A stretch of 64,000 bases of DNA, taken from IMG/VR virus record IMGVR_UViG_3300010149_000008; one strand, 5' to 3'. Under the pieces are notes generated by a model, which was not told where the DNA came from, made no database searches, and saw only the letters and a list, made by a program, of their open reading frames with translations. Both the position numbers and the translations under genes were made by a program. Below, one piece after another: positions 41,001 to 50,191 of this stretch; position 1 is the first letter of the stretch, and every line of letters starts with the position of its first letter. This DNA is from a virus. Lineage: Duplodnaviria > Caudoviricetes.

Positions 41001-42668
41001 AAATGGCAAAAAAAAGAAATATTTAATTCTGTATTTGTCAATGGAACTAACAACTCTTTTCCTTTAAACGGTATTATATCAAATCACTCTAGTGTGTTCT
41101 CTAAATTTAAAGACGCAATGGATCTAGACAACAATGACAATATTACTATAATAGAAAAAGAAGAAGTAATAGAATGCTTTAAAGATTTACAGGATTTAGT
41201 AATAGAATTCAATCAAAACCCTAATACTTATCTAGAAGATAATTTGACTGAGTATGATTCAGCAAACTACAAGACACATATAACTTACCTTTGTAAAAAT
41301 ATCATGCACAGTCTTTATTTGTCTGACTTTGCTCAAGCTTTTAACTTTGACTTGGTTAATGGTTTTTTAAATCATCAAAACAAAATTATTACATTAGATA
41401 GAAATGAAGTTAGTTCAAGTAATCTTTTTAGTGAGCTATCAAATGTTTCTGAAGACTTTGCAGAAGATCTTGAATTAAATTTTTATAATTCTTTTTATCT
41501 AAACAGACTTTCAAAAGTTATAAGTTTTATTTCACTTAAAAACAATATTAATTACAAGTATATTGATGATTGTTATAAAAAGTTAGGAAACAAGCTTCAC
41601 AAGAACAAAAACATTTTTGAAAAAATAAAAAACCACAAAATAGATATGGCAAGTAATTTAGGAAGTAAAATAGAGAATATATATAATTTACAAAACTATA
41701 CATTCTTTGATAGAAAAGAAGACTTCTTAAACTCTAGCTTTAAAACTTTTGCTTTAAACAACGATAGATTAAAAAATAAAAACAGTAAGTCTTTAATAAA
41801 AATAAAAGTATCATTATTAGACAAGTCTAACTTAAATAGATTGTATTTGCCTAAATTATATTTATTTTCACCTTTAATTACAGGTACTAATTACTTAACA
41901 CAAGAAATTCTTAATGAAAACAATATAACATCTAGCATAAAAAAGATTGGCTTTTTTGATGAAAGAAACAGTCTTTTAAATAGAACAAATATTCAAGATA
42001 TTGAAAGCATGTTAAATGGAGATGTTTTTGATTTAAAAAATAATTTAAAAAACAAGTTTTCAAAAATTAACAGTAATGAAGTTGATTTATTATATAAATA
42101 TTTAATAAGCTGCCATGTCAGCTCTTCTGAGATATCTGATATTTTAAAGTATTGTTATTCTTTAAATGTTTCAAAGGATATTTATAAGTCAAGAATAAGT
42201 GAGGAAACATTTTTGCTAGTAGAGAACTTATCAGATAGACAATTCTTTGATGTATTTAATGCTAAAAAAAATGATATACTAGAGAAAATTGTATTAGACA
42301 TAGATACAAATACTTATATATTACCTAAAAGAAGTAATATTATTGAAGAAAAATGCTTAGTTTACGATACGTTAACAAAATTAGAAAATATGGCTTCATT
42401 ATCTGAGATTGAAGACATTAAAGACGAATTATATTATGACTTCTATAATATAGCTATTAATCCTACACAGTTTTACTTTATTGATAGCAATTCTGATAGA
42501 GCTTTAGAAGATGAGTTTATTATAAAAGATGATCAAATAAAGCAAATAGAAAAAGTATTTGCAAAAATAAATAATTTAGATAATTTTAACAGTTCAAATA
42601 CAGTTTTTAAGAAAAGCACAATGTCAATTGACAATTTTGACATAATTTTTGAAATCGAGGTTTTGTAA
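38019..42668 (+). CDS. Giant Asn/Lys/Ile-rich hypothetical protein
   Basis: 1549 aa ORF with SD (GAGG); no motif recognised. Confidence 0.55.
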   Translation: MTLPTNIGLGSNSGISIDNNISAEVQIQNNQDVRNSGLNVDNSVSLKDLINSNNLKIDTDEVAVNNFISGKNSPANKNVELDLVFSLENNKNNFLSNEVLQNIKNYNLDIISNFYENIENKASMLLSLNNNEESYFSNFYNTISNFNTLKGKISEAILEKSEKVKTNNFENILKNYISSSSNSELFNLLTSSFAINSVKENNEKTAKVLNNVLTYDRVQKIFPAQINAGKFIKKHCLFEANISRDYESKEIRSIINDVNVQNIVTMIRNLYFMSPNSMTGNYLKEEKFNFLDMSKENLRIYTSEFDDIDYFNFINENDNVDFESFLDRNTFKQVKENELTYSRSITLNSSIDEALGKQHIVSNIKSYVNDVMIENFKNVNHIKTTNYSNLGLFPPNSVVAALELNKIFTGDFFEVNLEKYDVLKDVGIQDLISFMLFGNSANNTDNFANRLFKENYLKRSNEIIYRFKSPITRYQNNSSSRNNKGTIISSDRFNLDDSSLHYINDLYTKSMIDNFVKKQKLNFLKNSDVDLQFSREVIENIKKSRINKKLVAYCKEDKQNLSALNTDNQLFKLFFTEDTEDENIFYSHADIVSNHSVEDAIFKGLDNMKSLEIEPNEDYILISNNIKKIISLYYQNNNFFSSSLFFKNILKSMLDEIDVIEDIDYEENNLTQALYFNYFKKDFNEDTQAKKVIAERFLKKAVQLDSISSSAFKRNRSLESFRYMHESVIEDDFDSDSKESVKSYIDQVLSTSENLKKIKSSVFSHKNIKNLSMLSDYKRISNSQIVNNGYSSEFGTNLYAVSSILNLNLIPNYCLLYNFKSSGIFEEDAKVSYIIENKNKVLENITFGDLNQESGEREIKSTSYFVDRSIQKFDVTKSQDILVKVSPRLCINDKNREDHEFPHITIKDNFEKIFINENYSKFAFGKVIDIIQDMLRMSVKDYLKLSISSEGDIDSIVSKNPSLIDEVVSLLELYSEFYLIYTSRIQRLQSLKIFKWQKKEIFNSVFVNGTNNSFPLNGIISNHSSVFSKFKDAMDLDNNDNITIIEKEEVIECFKDLQDLVIEFNQNPNTYLEDNLTEYDSANYKTHITYLCKNIMHSLYLSDFAQAFNFDLVNGFLNHQNKIITLDRNEVSSSNLFSELSNVSEDFAEDLELNFYNSFYLNRLSKVISFISLKNNINYKYIDDCYKKLGNKLHKNKNIFEKIKNHKIDMASNLGSKIENIYNLQNYTFFDRKEDFLNSSFKTFALNNDRLKNKNSKSLIKIKVSLLDKSNLNRLYLPKLYLFSPLITGTNYLTQEILNENNITSSIKKIGFFDERNSLLNRTNIQDIESMLNGDVFDLKNNLKNKFSKINSNEVDLLYKYLISCHVSSSEISDILKYCYSLNVSKDIYKSRISEETFLLVENLSDRQFFDVFNAKKNDILEKIVLDIDTNTYILPKRSNIIEEKCLVYDTLTKLENMASLSEIEDIKDELYYDFYNIAINPTQFYFIDSNSDRALEDEFIIKDDQIKQIEKVFAKINNLDNFNSSNTVFKKSTMSIDNFDIIFEIEVL

Positions 42669-44299
42669 TGACTAACTTATTATTAAGTAATTCACCTGAT
42701 TTTTATTTAGACATAGATACTAATTTTATATACAATCTATACAACGAAAATGAAACTCAAATTGACGATAGCATTATAATAAGCAATAATAACAACTTTT
42801 ACAAAGCTATAGAATTAAAAGTAAAAGCAAGAACAAAATACAACAAAAGAGTTTTAAAGTTTTATGAGAGCATATCAATAGCAGATTTCAAGCTTCTTAA
42901 TAATAAAAACTTAAATATAGATACTTTGTTTTATTTTAATCACGTTCATAAGTTAGATGAAAACTTAATAAATTTAAATTATGATACAGACACAGATAGT
43001 ATTCAAGCAATTAATGATTACTACAACATAAATAATAATAAATTCGAATTAGCAAAAAAATTCATAGAAGCAAACAAGAAAATAAGTGTTAACAAAAATT
43101 TTGAAAAAGAATTTTTAAACTTAAATTATTCTAATGACTTTTTTACTAATAGTAATAATTCTAATTACAACTTTTACAGAAACTTTCTTGATAAAACAAT
43201 AATTGATTTCGGTAAAGACATTAAAGAAGTAGTACTAAATAAAAATTTTAATGTTTATAGAAAAAAGTCAGTTTATCAATCAAATAACGACTTTACACCT
43301 TATTATATAAACATAGGATTTTTAATAGAAAAGTACGTAAAAAATCAGAATGACTATAAAAAATCAACTTCTTATTTTAAGTACAACATGCAGAATGAAA
43401 CAATTCCTAGATTAAGTAGAGGATTAAAAGATCATACTATTGATTATAGTTTTACTATAAAAGATAATGCAGTAAAGTATGGTAGTACATACAAATATGT
43501 TGTCTATCCAGTATTTGTAACAAGTTTACCTTCTAGACTTGATTACCATACACTTGACGAATTTATAGTATGCGATTTTCCATACATAACAAAAGACATT
43601 GAATGTAAAGAAACGATTAGACCAATACCTCCATCTCAAATTTACTTTAAGTACATAAAGAGTCAGGACAATGTCAAGTTAGAGTGGTCAATACCATTAG
43701 AAGAACAAGGTGATGTGAAAGGATATCAGATTTTTAAAAGACATAGTCTTGAAGATCCTTTTGTCTTAATAAGACAGCTAGAATTTCATAACAAAAATGA
43801 CTTATATTCTAGAAATGAAAATGTAAGTGAGTCTATTGTTGAAATTTTAGAAAGAGAAGGCGATACTTTTTACTATGACAATAGTTTCAAAAAAGAAAAG
43901 ACGCAAATATATGCTATATGCTCAATTGATGCACACGGATTTGTATCAAATTATTCTTCACAGTATGCAGTAAGATATAATAGCTACAAAAAAAGCTGTG
44001 AAATTGATCTTATAAGTACAGAAGGTGCTCCTTTACATATGCCGAATTTAATGATACCTAGAAAAACAAAGTTCTATGAAAATGAAGATTATATTGTCAA
44101 CAATATTCCTATTGAAGAAAAAGTTAAAAAATTTACTTTGTATGTAACACCTGAGTATAACAAGTTAGGAACAGGTGAATCAGTTTACAGGACAGTGCTT
44201 GGAGACAATTATAAATTAAGCATATTTAAGTTAGAAAATTCTGATGTGTATACTGAAGATATACAGATAAAAAACTTTAATAACGAAAATTTTATTTAA
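42668..44299 (+). CDS. Structural protein with fibronectin type III-like domain(s)
   Basis: KYGSTYKYVVYP; PIPPSQ...VKLEW...DVKGYQIFKR...YYD...YAICSIDAHGFVSNYS is an FN3-like pattern. Confidence 0.6.
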   Translation: MTNLLLSNSPDFYLDIDTNFIYNLYNENETQIDDSIIISNNNNFYKAIELKVKARTKYNKRVLKFYESISIADFKLLNNKNLNIDTLFYFNHVHKLDENLINLNYDTDTDSIQAINDYYNINNNKFELAKKFIEANKKISVNKNFEKEFLNLNYSNDFFTNSNNSNYNFYRNFLDKTIIDFGKDIKEVVLNKNFNVYRKKSVYQSNNDFTPYYINIGFLIEKYVKNQNDYKKSTSYFKYNMQNETIPRLSRGLKDHTIDYSFTIKDNAVKYGSTYKYVVYPVFVTSLPSRLDYHTLDEFIVCDFPYITKDIECKETIRPIPPSQIYFKYIKSQDNVKLEWSIPLEEQGDVKGYQIFKRHSLEDPFVLIRQLEFHNKNDLYSRNENVSESIVEILEREGDTFYYDNSFKKEKTQIYAICSIDAHGFVSNYSSQYAVRYNSYKKSCEIDLISTEGAPLHMPNLMIPRKTKFYENEDYIVNNIPIEEKVKKFTLYVTPEYNKLGTGESVYRTVLGDNYKLSIFKLENSDVYTEDIQIKNFNNENFI

Positions 44300-44318
44300 C
44301 CTTTAATTTACTTAGATT

Positions 44319-44326
44319 ATATTTAT
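44319..44326 (+). promoter_or_regulatory. Candidate late promoter motif
   Basis: ATATTTAT(AAAC), 32 nt before 44351. Confidence 0.5.
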
Positions 44327-44350
44327 AAACACTAGAAAGGCGCCTATAAT

Positions 44351-45112
44351 ATGGGATTTTTAAATCACAGCACAAACAATATTATAATAGATGCAGTACT
44401 AACTGAACGTGGTAGAGAACTTTTAGCAAGAAACGATGGTAGTTTTAATATTTCGTCGTTTGTTTTTGGCGATGATGAGGTCGACTACTCTATTATAAAA
44501 AAATACGGATTAACAATCGGAAAAGAAAAAATAGAAAAGAATACGCCTGTTTTTGAAGCAAACCCTAACGAAAACATTGCAATTAAACATTCACTTATCT
44601 CTTTTCCTAATCCTTTAACAAGGTTAACTCAGATTCCAACTTTAAAATGGTCAAATAGATCAACATCTGAAAGTAAAGTCGACTTATTTGACACAAGAGC
44701 TTCGGAAACTGATACTAGTAGTGTAGGTGTTACTAAAAAAATTATAATTAAAAATAGCATTACAGGGACAGTTGAAGGTCTTTTAGATGAAAACATAACT
44801 GATTCTTCATTTTTTGTTAAAGTCCATGGCTCTTTACTTAAAATTTCAGGAGAAGAAGTTGAAGACACTGATATTAATGGTATTGATACATATTCTATTA
44901 AAACAGACACAGCTGACGATTTTGAGTGGAGCAATCAAGTTCAAGGAATTTTTACTGTATTTTCAAATGGTGTAGTTTCATCATCTGACTTTGAAAAATT
45001 TGCATCGATAAGTAATGCAAACAAAATCAATACTTCGATTCAAGTAATAGGTGCTTCTTCTGGCGCAACTTTAGTAATTCCTGTTACAATTTCAAAGAGA
45101 TCAACAACTTAA
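44351..45112 (+). CDS. Tail-collar/baseplate structural protein (resembles N-half of DUF3751/P2 gpH-type domain)
   Basis: IDAVLTERGRELLA...F.ISSFVFGDDEVDY; TPVFEA. Preceded by ATATTTATAAA and an SD. Confidence 0.55.
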   Translation: MGFLNHSTNNIIIDAVLTERGRELLARNDGSFNISSFVFGDDEVDYSIIKKYGLTIGKEKIEKNTPVFEANPNENIAIKHSLISFPNPLTRLTQIPTLKWSNRSTSESKVDLFDTRASETDTSSVGVTKKIIIKNSITGTVEGLLDENITDSSFFVKVHGSLLKISGEEVEDTDINGIDTYSIKTDTADDFEWSNQVQGIFTVFSNGVVSSSDFEKFASISNANKINTSIQVIGASSGATLVIPVTISKRSTT

Positions 45113-45128
45113 TAGAAAGAAATAACAC

Positions 45129-46760
45129 ATGTCAGAATTATCAGGTTCATTTATATCAATAGATGAAAGCAATAAAAACACTAGCAAGTCATCAATACAA
45201 CAATTAGTAGATATTGTTCAATCAGATATTGCTAGCATTAGTAGTACTACTAGAAAGTCATATGAAGTATTTGTAAGTGGAGGAATAAATTTACACCCTA
45301 TTACTAGTTCATTATATCAGACAGTATTTGACCAAGATTTTACATTAGGAACTGCAAACCCTTTGTTTGACATAACTATGGGTTCATTAGAAGAAGTTTC
45401 ACAAAATGCACAAGGAGAAACTATTGCAACAGTCAACGGTATTAGCGCTTCTTATGATGCAGGAGGAAAACTAACAGGATTTGGTAACGATACTGCAATG
45501 ATGCGTGAAAAAGTCAACGTTTACAAACAGTTTGCACAAAACCTCTTAGGTGACTCAAATGAAGCTTTTGTTTCTCCTCATGGAGAAATACCTCCTGATA
45601 CACCTTCAGCAGACCCTGCAATTGCAATAAAAGAAGCAAAGAGCATCAAGGGTGCTGTTTTTTTATGTTTTAGAAGGCTTTTTACTAGAGATAATATATT
45701 TAAAGGATCTTACGGTATAAAGCTTCACAAGAAAGCTTCTCTTTTATACTCTGATTTTGTAAGCACAGATGCTAGTAATAGACAGACTGGAACTTCGATT
45801 TCAAACATTAACATACAAGCTGATTTAAATTCAACTGATGGTAATACTGCTTCAATATACGATGATAGAATATCTACTACAAACATGTCAGTTAGTCCTA
45901 TTGCTGGTGAAGTTTCTACTCTAATGGATTCTAATTCAAATCCAATTGGTCTAGTTTATTATGATAGCGGGATTATTGTTTTGGACGTCGAAAGAGCTTT
46001 TGATTCAGATCAAATTATTAGAGGCTTAATTGACTCTACTAGACAGAATTCTGTTACTTATCCTAGTGGAGATACTACAGAATATGACGGGCCTTTTTAT
46101 GTTTATGGTTCAACTGTAGCAGATGGAGCTGGTTATTTTTATCCAGTATACACTTCTGATTTTGATGGTAGTAATTCAGAACCTTTTACGGACTTGCAAG
46201 TTTTAGATAAAGATAACAATGCTGTAAATGTTGGTGCTGTTCAATTTTATCACAATGCTAGCACTTCAACTAGAGGAAGTGCCGTAAGACCTACAAGTGG
46301 AGAAGCTTTGTTTGTTCCTAACTTGAGTGATGTATATTACTCAAGCGAGTTAGTCAAACAATTTTCTGCAGGAGATGGAAAATCGCAAATCAATGAGAGC
46401 TTTTACCCGGGACTTTGGACAAAAGGTACAGTTGATGATGTATTAGATCATGTCTGCACTACTAGATTTGGTAGAGGCAATCTTTCAGCTATTTCTTTTA
46501 GAAATGAAACAGTAATAAATTCTAGTCTTATATTCTGCAGAGCAGCACCTTCCCAGTTAAATTACTCTACTAATCCTACTTATAAAGATTCAGATGGAAA
46601 TATTGTTGCTTTAAATTCTAACAATGAGCCTTTTAGTTTTGTAACAACTGTAGGCCTTTATGATGCTGATAGGTTTTTGTTAGCTGTAGCAAAAACCTCT
46701 AGACCTATAGAGAAAAACCCAGAAACTGATCTTTCTATAAGAATTAGATTGGATTACTAA
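45129..46760 (+). CDS. Tail-collar/baseplate structural protein (C-terminus resembles C-half of DUF3751-type domain)
   Basis: C-terminal FCRA...NYSTNPT...SFVTTVGLYDADRFLLAVAKTSRPIEK...IRIRLDY; internal GLVYYDSGIIVL. Confidence 0.55.
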   Translation: MSELSGSFISIDESNKNTSKSSIQQLVDIVQSDIASISSTTRKSYEVFVSGGINLHPITSSLYQTVFDQDFTLGTANPLFDITMGSLEEVSQNAQGETIATVNGISASYDAGGKLTGFGNDTAMMREKVNVYKQFAQNLLGDSNEAFVSPHGEIPPDTPSADPAIAIKEAKSIKGAVFLCFRRLFTRDNIFKGSYGIKLHKKASLLYSDFVSTDASNRQTGTSISNINIQADLNSTDGNTASIYDDRISTTNMSVSPIAGEVSTLMDSNSNPIGLVYYDSGIIVLDVERAFDSDQIIRGLIDSTRQNSVTYPSGDTTEYDGPFYVYGSTVADGAGYFYPVYTSDFDGSNSEPFTDLQVLDKDNNAVNVGAVQFYHNASTSTRGSAVRPTSGEALFVPNLSDVYYSSELVKQFSAGDGKSQINESFYPGLWTKGTVDDVLDHVCTTRFGRGNLSAISFRNETVINSSLIFCRAAPSQLNYSTNPTYKDSDGNIVALNSNNEPFSFVTTVGLYDADRFLLAVAKTSRPIEKNPETDLSIRIRLDY

Positions 46761-46769
46761 GGTGGACTT

Positions 46770-49628
46770 ATGACGTTTGTGCCTTTAACTCAAAAAAACT
46801 TTGTTGTCAATAAAATAAATAATACCATTAAAATAGATTATAAAGACTCTGATATACAAACTCATGTATGTGATAAGTCTATTGATTCAAAAAGCTTAAT
46901 TAATTTAAATAATTTTGTTGGTATAACAAACAAAGAATGCAACGTTTTAGATACAGACGCTGAAGCAAATTCAAAAAAAAATAGGATTAAATCTTTCTAT
47001 TCAAGTGTTTCAAATAATGAAATGTCTGCCGAAGAATATTTCGAAGCAAAGTCTTCGCTTAATGATAACAGCATTTTTAATGATAATATAAAAGAGTTTA
47101 ATTTTAAAAATTATTTTAAAGTAGAAAGAATTGATCAGAAATTTCTACCAAATAGCTTTGAACTTCAAAAAAAAAATATTGTTAAAAACAGTTTATATAA
47201 AGACTATAGCGAAAACTATTCTCTAGACTTTTATAAAGATCTAAGAAAAGGTTTTTGCAATTACAATTCTATCAACTTTTTCTCTCAAAGACTAGATCCT
47301 CAGATTAATCATACTAATTGTTTAATTTGGCCAAATCCATATGCTGACAATAAGCATCTTTACGATGTGTATAATAATAATTTAACTTTTTCTTTTTATT
47401 TAAATTTAAGAAAAAACTACAGTACACATAATCAACCTGAATGTATTTTACATGTACCAAGGCTTTTAAGCCTTTACACAGTAAGAAGTATAAATGCTTC
47501 TAACGGTCACAGAATTTGTGTAGTTTTAGGTGACAACGCATCAAAAAAATTAAAAGATTTAAAACCATCAATATTTAATTCTTCAAATAAAAATATTGAT
47601 AATCAATTAGGTACTTATATTTCTTCTGATTTAAACTTAATTAATAATAGATGGTATAATATATGTATTGCATTAAATAAAAACGTAGATAATTCTCGAG
47701 AAATTGAAGTATTTATTGACGGAGTTTCTGTTGACAAAATAGACTTAGAATTTCAGAATTCTGTAGATTTAAATCATGATAGCTATATTTGTTTAGGAAA
47801 TAAGCCTGATTATCTAAACAATTCAGATAACACATATAAGGATGACTATAACAAGATATTTTATCAATTTTTTGGAGCAAAGTATAACAACGAAAAACCA
47901 GTTTCAGGACCTTCAATAGTCAAAGATTTAAGTTTAGGTAAGAGCAGTTGGGAAGAAACTGGTCAGTACAACATAGAAGACATCATAATCAATAATAATG
48001 CAGTTAACTTTGAAGAAGCAATTCAATTAAATTCTGAGTCTTTCCATGGAGAAATACATGATTTAAGAATATATACTCAAAACATAAACGAGGAAAAACT
48101 AGAAAATATTTGCAACAATACTATTGATAATGTTAGTAAAGAAATAGAAGACTTTAATCTTTGCTTTTATATACCTAATTTCTATATAAGTGATTATGTT
48201 TTTAAAAGAACAATGGTTAACGCTAGTAATGAAAAAATGAACACTTACTTTTCATGCTTATATAACCCATATTTGTCAAATACGTGTGGTGGTTTAGAAG
48301 TCTCGAGTGAATCTTTCTTGTTAGACTTTGTTAATTTAACAAAGCCAAACGTAGTAATAGGCGGTGCAGAATATATTAATACTCACGATGATAATTCAAG
48401 TAACAGTATGTCTTCTTTAGTTAGTACAACTAATGATATTAGTGATATAAGGAAAGGAATATTAGCTAGCAGAATATACAATAAAAATATTTCTGATATT
48501 TCACATGAGTTCTTTAGTGTAAACAAAAATAACAATCTTACGTATAGAAATTTATTGCTATTACCTAATGACAATGGAATTCCTAAAGTTAATTTTAATA
48601 TAATTAATGATCTTTCTAGTGAAATCAATAGATCTAAAAATGTTTATGATATAACAGATTATCATATTAGTACTGATAATGTTATAGATGATAATTTACA
48701 CTATACAGACTTAAATCATAGTTTAATATTAGATGATAATAGTTTAAGTTTTGAAATTAATTTAGCTAATAATATAAATTATGATTTTATATTTACAAAC
48801 GATTTACTCTATAATGTAAGTAACATAGTATATCATGATATTAGACTCAACAACATGTCAGAATTAAATATAAGTAACAATCTTTTTATTAACAAAGTAG
48901 ACAAAGTTAGAAATTATTATAGTTTTAGTGATTCAAATCCTGTATTAAGAGATTATAAGCATAGTCCTTTAAGTTTTAATTTAAATAATATAAGTACTAT
49001 TAAAGAGCAAGATACTTATATTAGTGATACAAAAATAACATATTTAAACCTTTTATTACCTTACTCATCAACTAACCTTGATTATGACTGTATATTTATT
49101 AATATCTTTGATGTTTCTAGTAAATTGTACAACAAAAAATTAAATAAAAATTCAATATTACTTTCAGATGACAGCATATCATCAACAAACAATAATGTTT
49201 CACTTATCTTTAAAGATGACGGTTATGGTTCTATGTACAGAGCTGATTGTTTGACAAAGCATGCAGTATGGAACTACGTAGGTCATTCATTTTACAAAGA
49301 AGGAATTATAGTTTTAAATAGACCTGAGCTTTCATATTTTGGTCAAGAAGATTATAGCTTAAGTTTTGAAACTGACTTTTCTATGTATGTTCATGAAATA
49401 AACATACCAGCTGAAGCAGGTTTATTAAACAAGTCTAATAATAAAACATATAATCCAGATCTAAGACAAGATCAAAGTGCATTTAATTCTGAAAGTTCTT
49501 TTGTTTATATTACTGATATAAATCTACATGATGAAAATTTAAATATAATAGCTCGAGCTAAATTAGCTAGACCTGCGCCTAAGAAAAACGAAGACAGCAT
49601 TTTGTTTAAATTAAAAATGGATTATTAA
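46770..49628 (+). CDS. Structural protein with LamG-like domain and tail-collar-like C-terminus (paralogous C-terminus to 45129-46760)
   Basis: LTFSFYLN...NRWYNICI...EVFIDG...FHGEIHDLRIY (LamG-like); VGHSFYKEGIIVL; C-terminal VYITDINLHDENLNIIARAKLARPAPK...FKLKMDY. Confidence 0.6.
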   Translation: MTFVPLTQKNFVVNKINNTIKIDYKDSDIQTHVCDKSIDSKSLINLNNFVGITNKECNVLDTDAEANSKKNRIKSFYSSVSNNEMSAEEYFEAKSSLNDNSIFNDNIKEFNFKNYFKVERIDQKFLPNSFELQKKNIVKNSLYKDYSENYSLDFYKDLRKGFCNYNSINFFSQRLDPQINHTNCLIWPNPYADNKHLYDVYNNNLTFSFYLNLRKNYSTHNQPECILHVPRLLSLYTVRSINASNGHRICVVLGDNASKKLKDLKPSIFNSSNKNIDNQLGTYISSDLNLINNRWYNICIALNKNVDNSREIEVFIDGVSVDKIDLEFQNSVDLNHDSYICLGNKPDYLNNSDNTYKDDYNKIFYQFFGAKYNNEKPVSGPSIVKDLSLGKSSWEETGQYNIEDIIINNNAVNFEEAIQLNSESFHGEIHDLRIYTQNINEEKLENICNNTIDNVSKEIEDFNLCFYIPNFYISDYVFKRTMVNASNEKMNTYFSCLYNPYLSNTCGGLEVSSESFLLDFVNLTKPNVVIGGAEYINTHDDNSSNSMSSLVSTTNDISDIRKGILASRIYNKNISDISHEFFSVNKNNNLTYRNLLLLPNDNGIPKVNFNIINDLSSEINRSKNVYDITDYHISTDNVIDDNLHYTDLNHSLILDDNSLSFEINLANNINYDFIFTNDLLYNVSNIVYHDIRLNNMSELNISNNLFINKVDKVRNYYSFSDSNPVLRDYKHSPLSFNLNNISTIKEQDTYISDTKITYLNLLLPYSSTNLDYDCIFINIFDVSSKLYNKKLNKNSILLSDDSISSTNNNVSLIFKDDGYGSMYRADCLTKHAVWNYVGHSFYKEGIIVLNRPELSYFGQEDYSLSFETDFSMYVHEINIPAEAGLLNKSNNKTYNPDLRQDQSAFNSESSFVYITDINLHDENLNIIARAKLARPAPKKNEDSILFKLKMDY

Positions 49629-49630
49629 TA

Positions 49631-50191
49631 ATGCAAAGTTACTGTTTAGGTTTAGATATATCTACTTCTATTATTGGAATATCAATATTTGAAAATAAAA
49701 AAATGAAAGATCTTTTTTATATAGATCTTACAAAGACTAAGTGTATGTTTGATAAAGCAAAAAATTACAGGCTTTTTTTAGAAGAGAAGCTTAAACTTTT
49801 CAATATAGAAAACATCTACGTAGAAGATACATTACAGTCATTTGCTAGAGGTCTATCTTCAGCAAAAACTCTTATGACATTAGCAAAATTTAACGGTGTT
49901 ATTTCTAACATTACATTTGAACTAACTGGAATCAAACCTGAGTTTATAAATGTTAATGTTGCTAGAAAAACATTAGGGATTAAAATAGATAAGAGCATTG
50001 ATAAAGACAAAAAAGAACAAGTTATGGACTGGGTTGCTTCTGACATTGGTCACTACGATTGGCCTACTAAAACTATTTCACGAGGTAAAAATAAAGGGCT
50101 TGTAAAATATGAAAAATTTTGTTATGATATAGCTGACGCATATGTGATATGTAAAGCAGGTATTATAATAAATGAGCAAAATATCAAATAG
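49631..50191 (+). CDS. ruvC: RuvC-like Holliday junction resolvase
   Basis: RNase H-fold acidic motifs: LGLDISTSIIG, IYVED, DIADAYVI. 186 aa. Confidence 0.8.
   Translation: MQSYCLGLDISTSIIGISIFENKKMKDLFYIDLTKTKCMFDKAKNYRLFLEEKLKLFNIENIYVEDTLQSFARGLSSAKTLMTLAKFNGVISNITFELTGIKPEFINVNVARKTLGIKIDKSIDKDKKEQVMDWVASDIGHYDWPTKTISRGKNKGLVKYEKFCYDIADAYVICKAGIIINEQNIK

Noticed and set aside
27184-42668. Tape-measure or tail-sheath call for the giant ORFs
   Set aside because: They lack the Ala/Gly-rich helical periodicity of tape measures and any sheath motif I recognise, so they are left as hypothetical.
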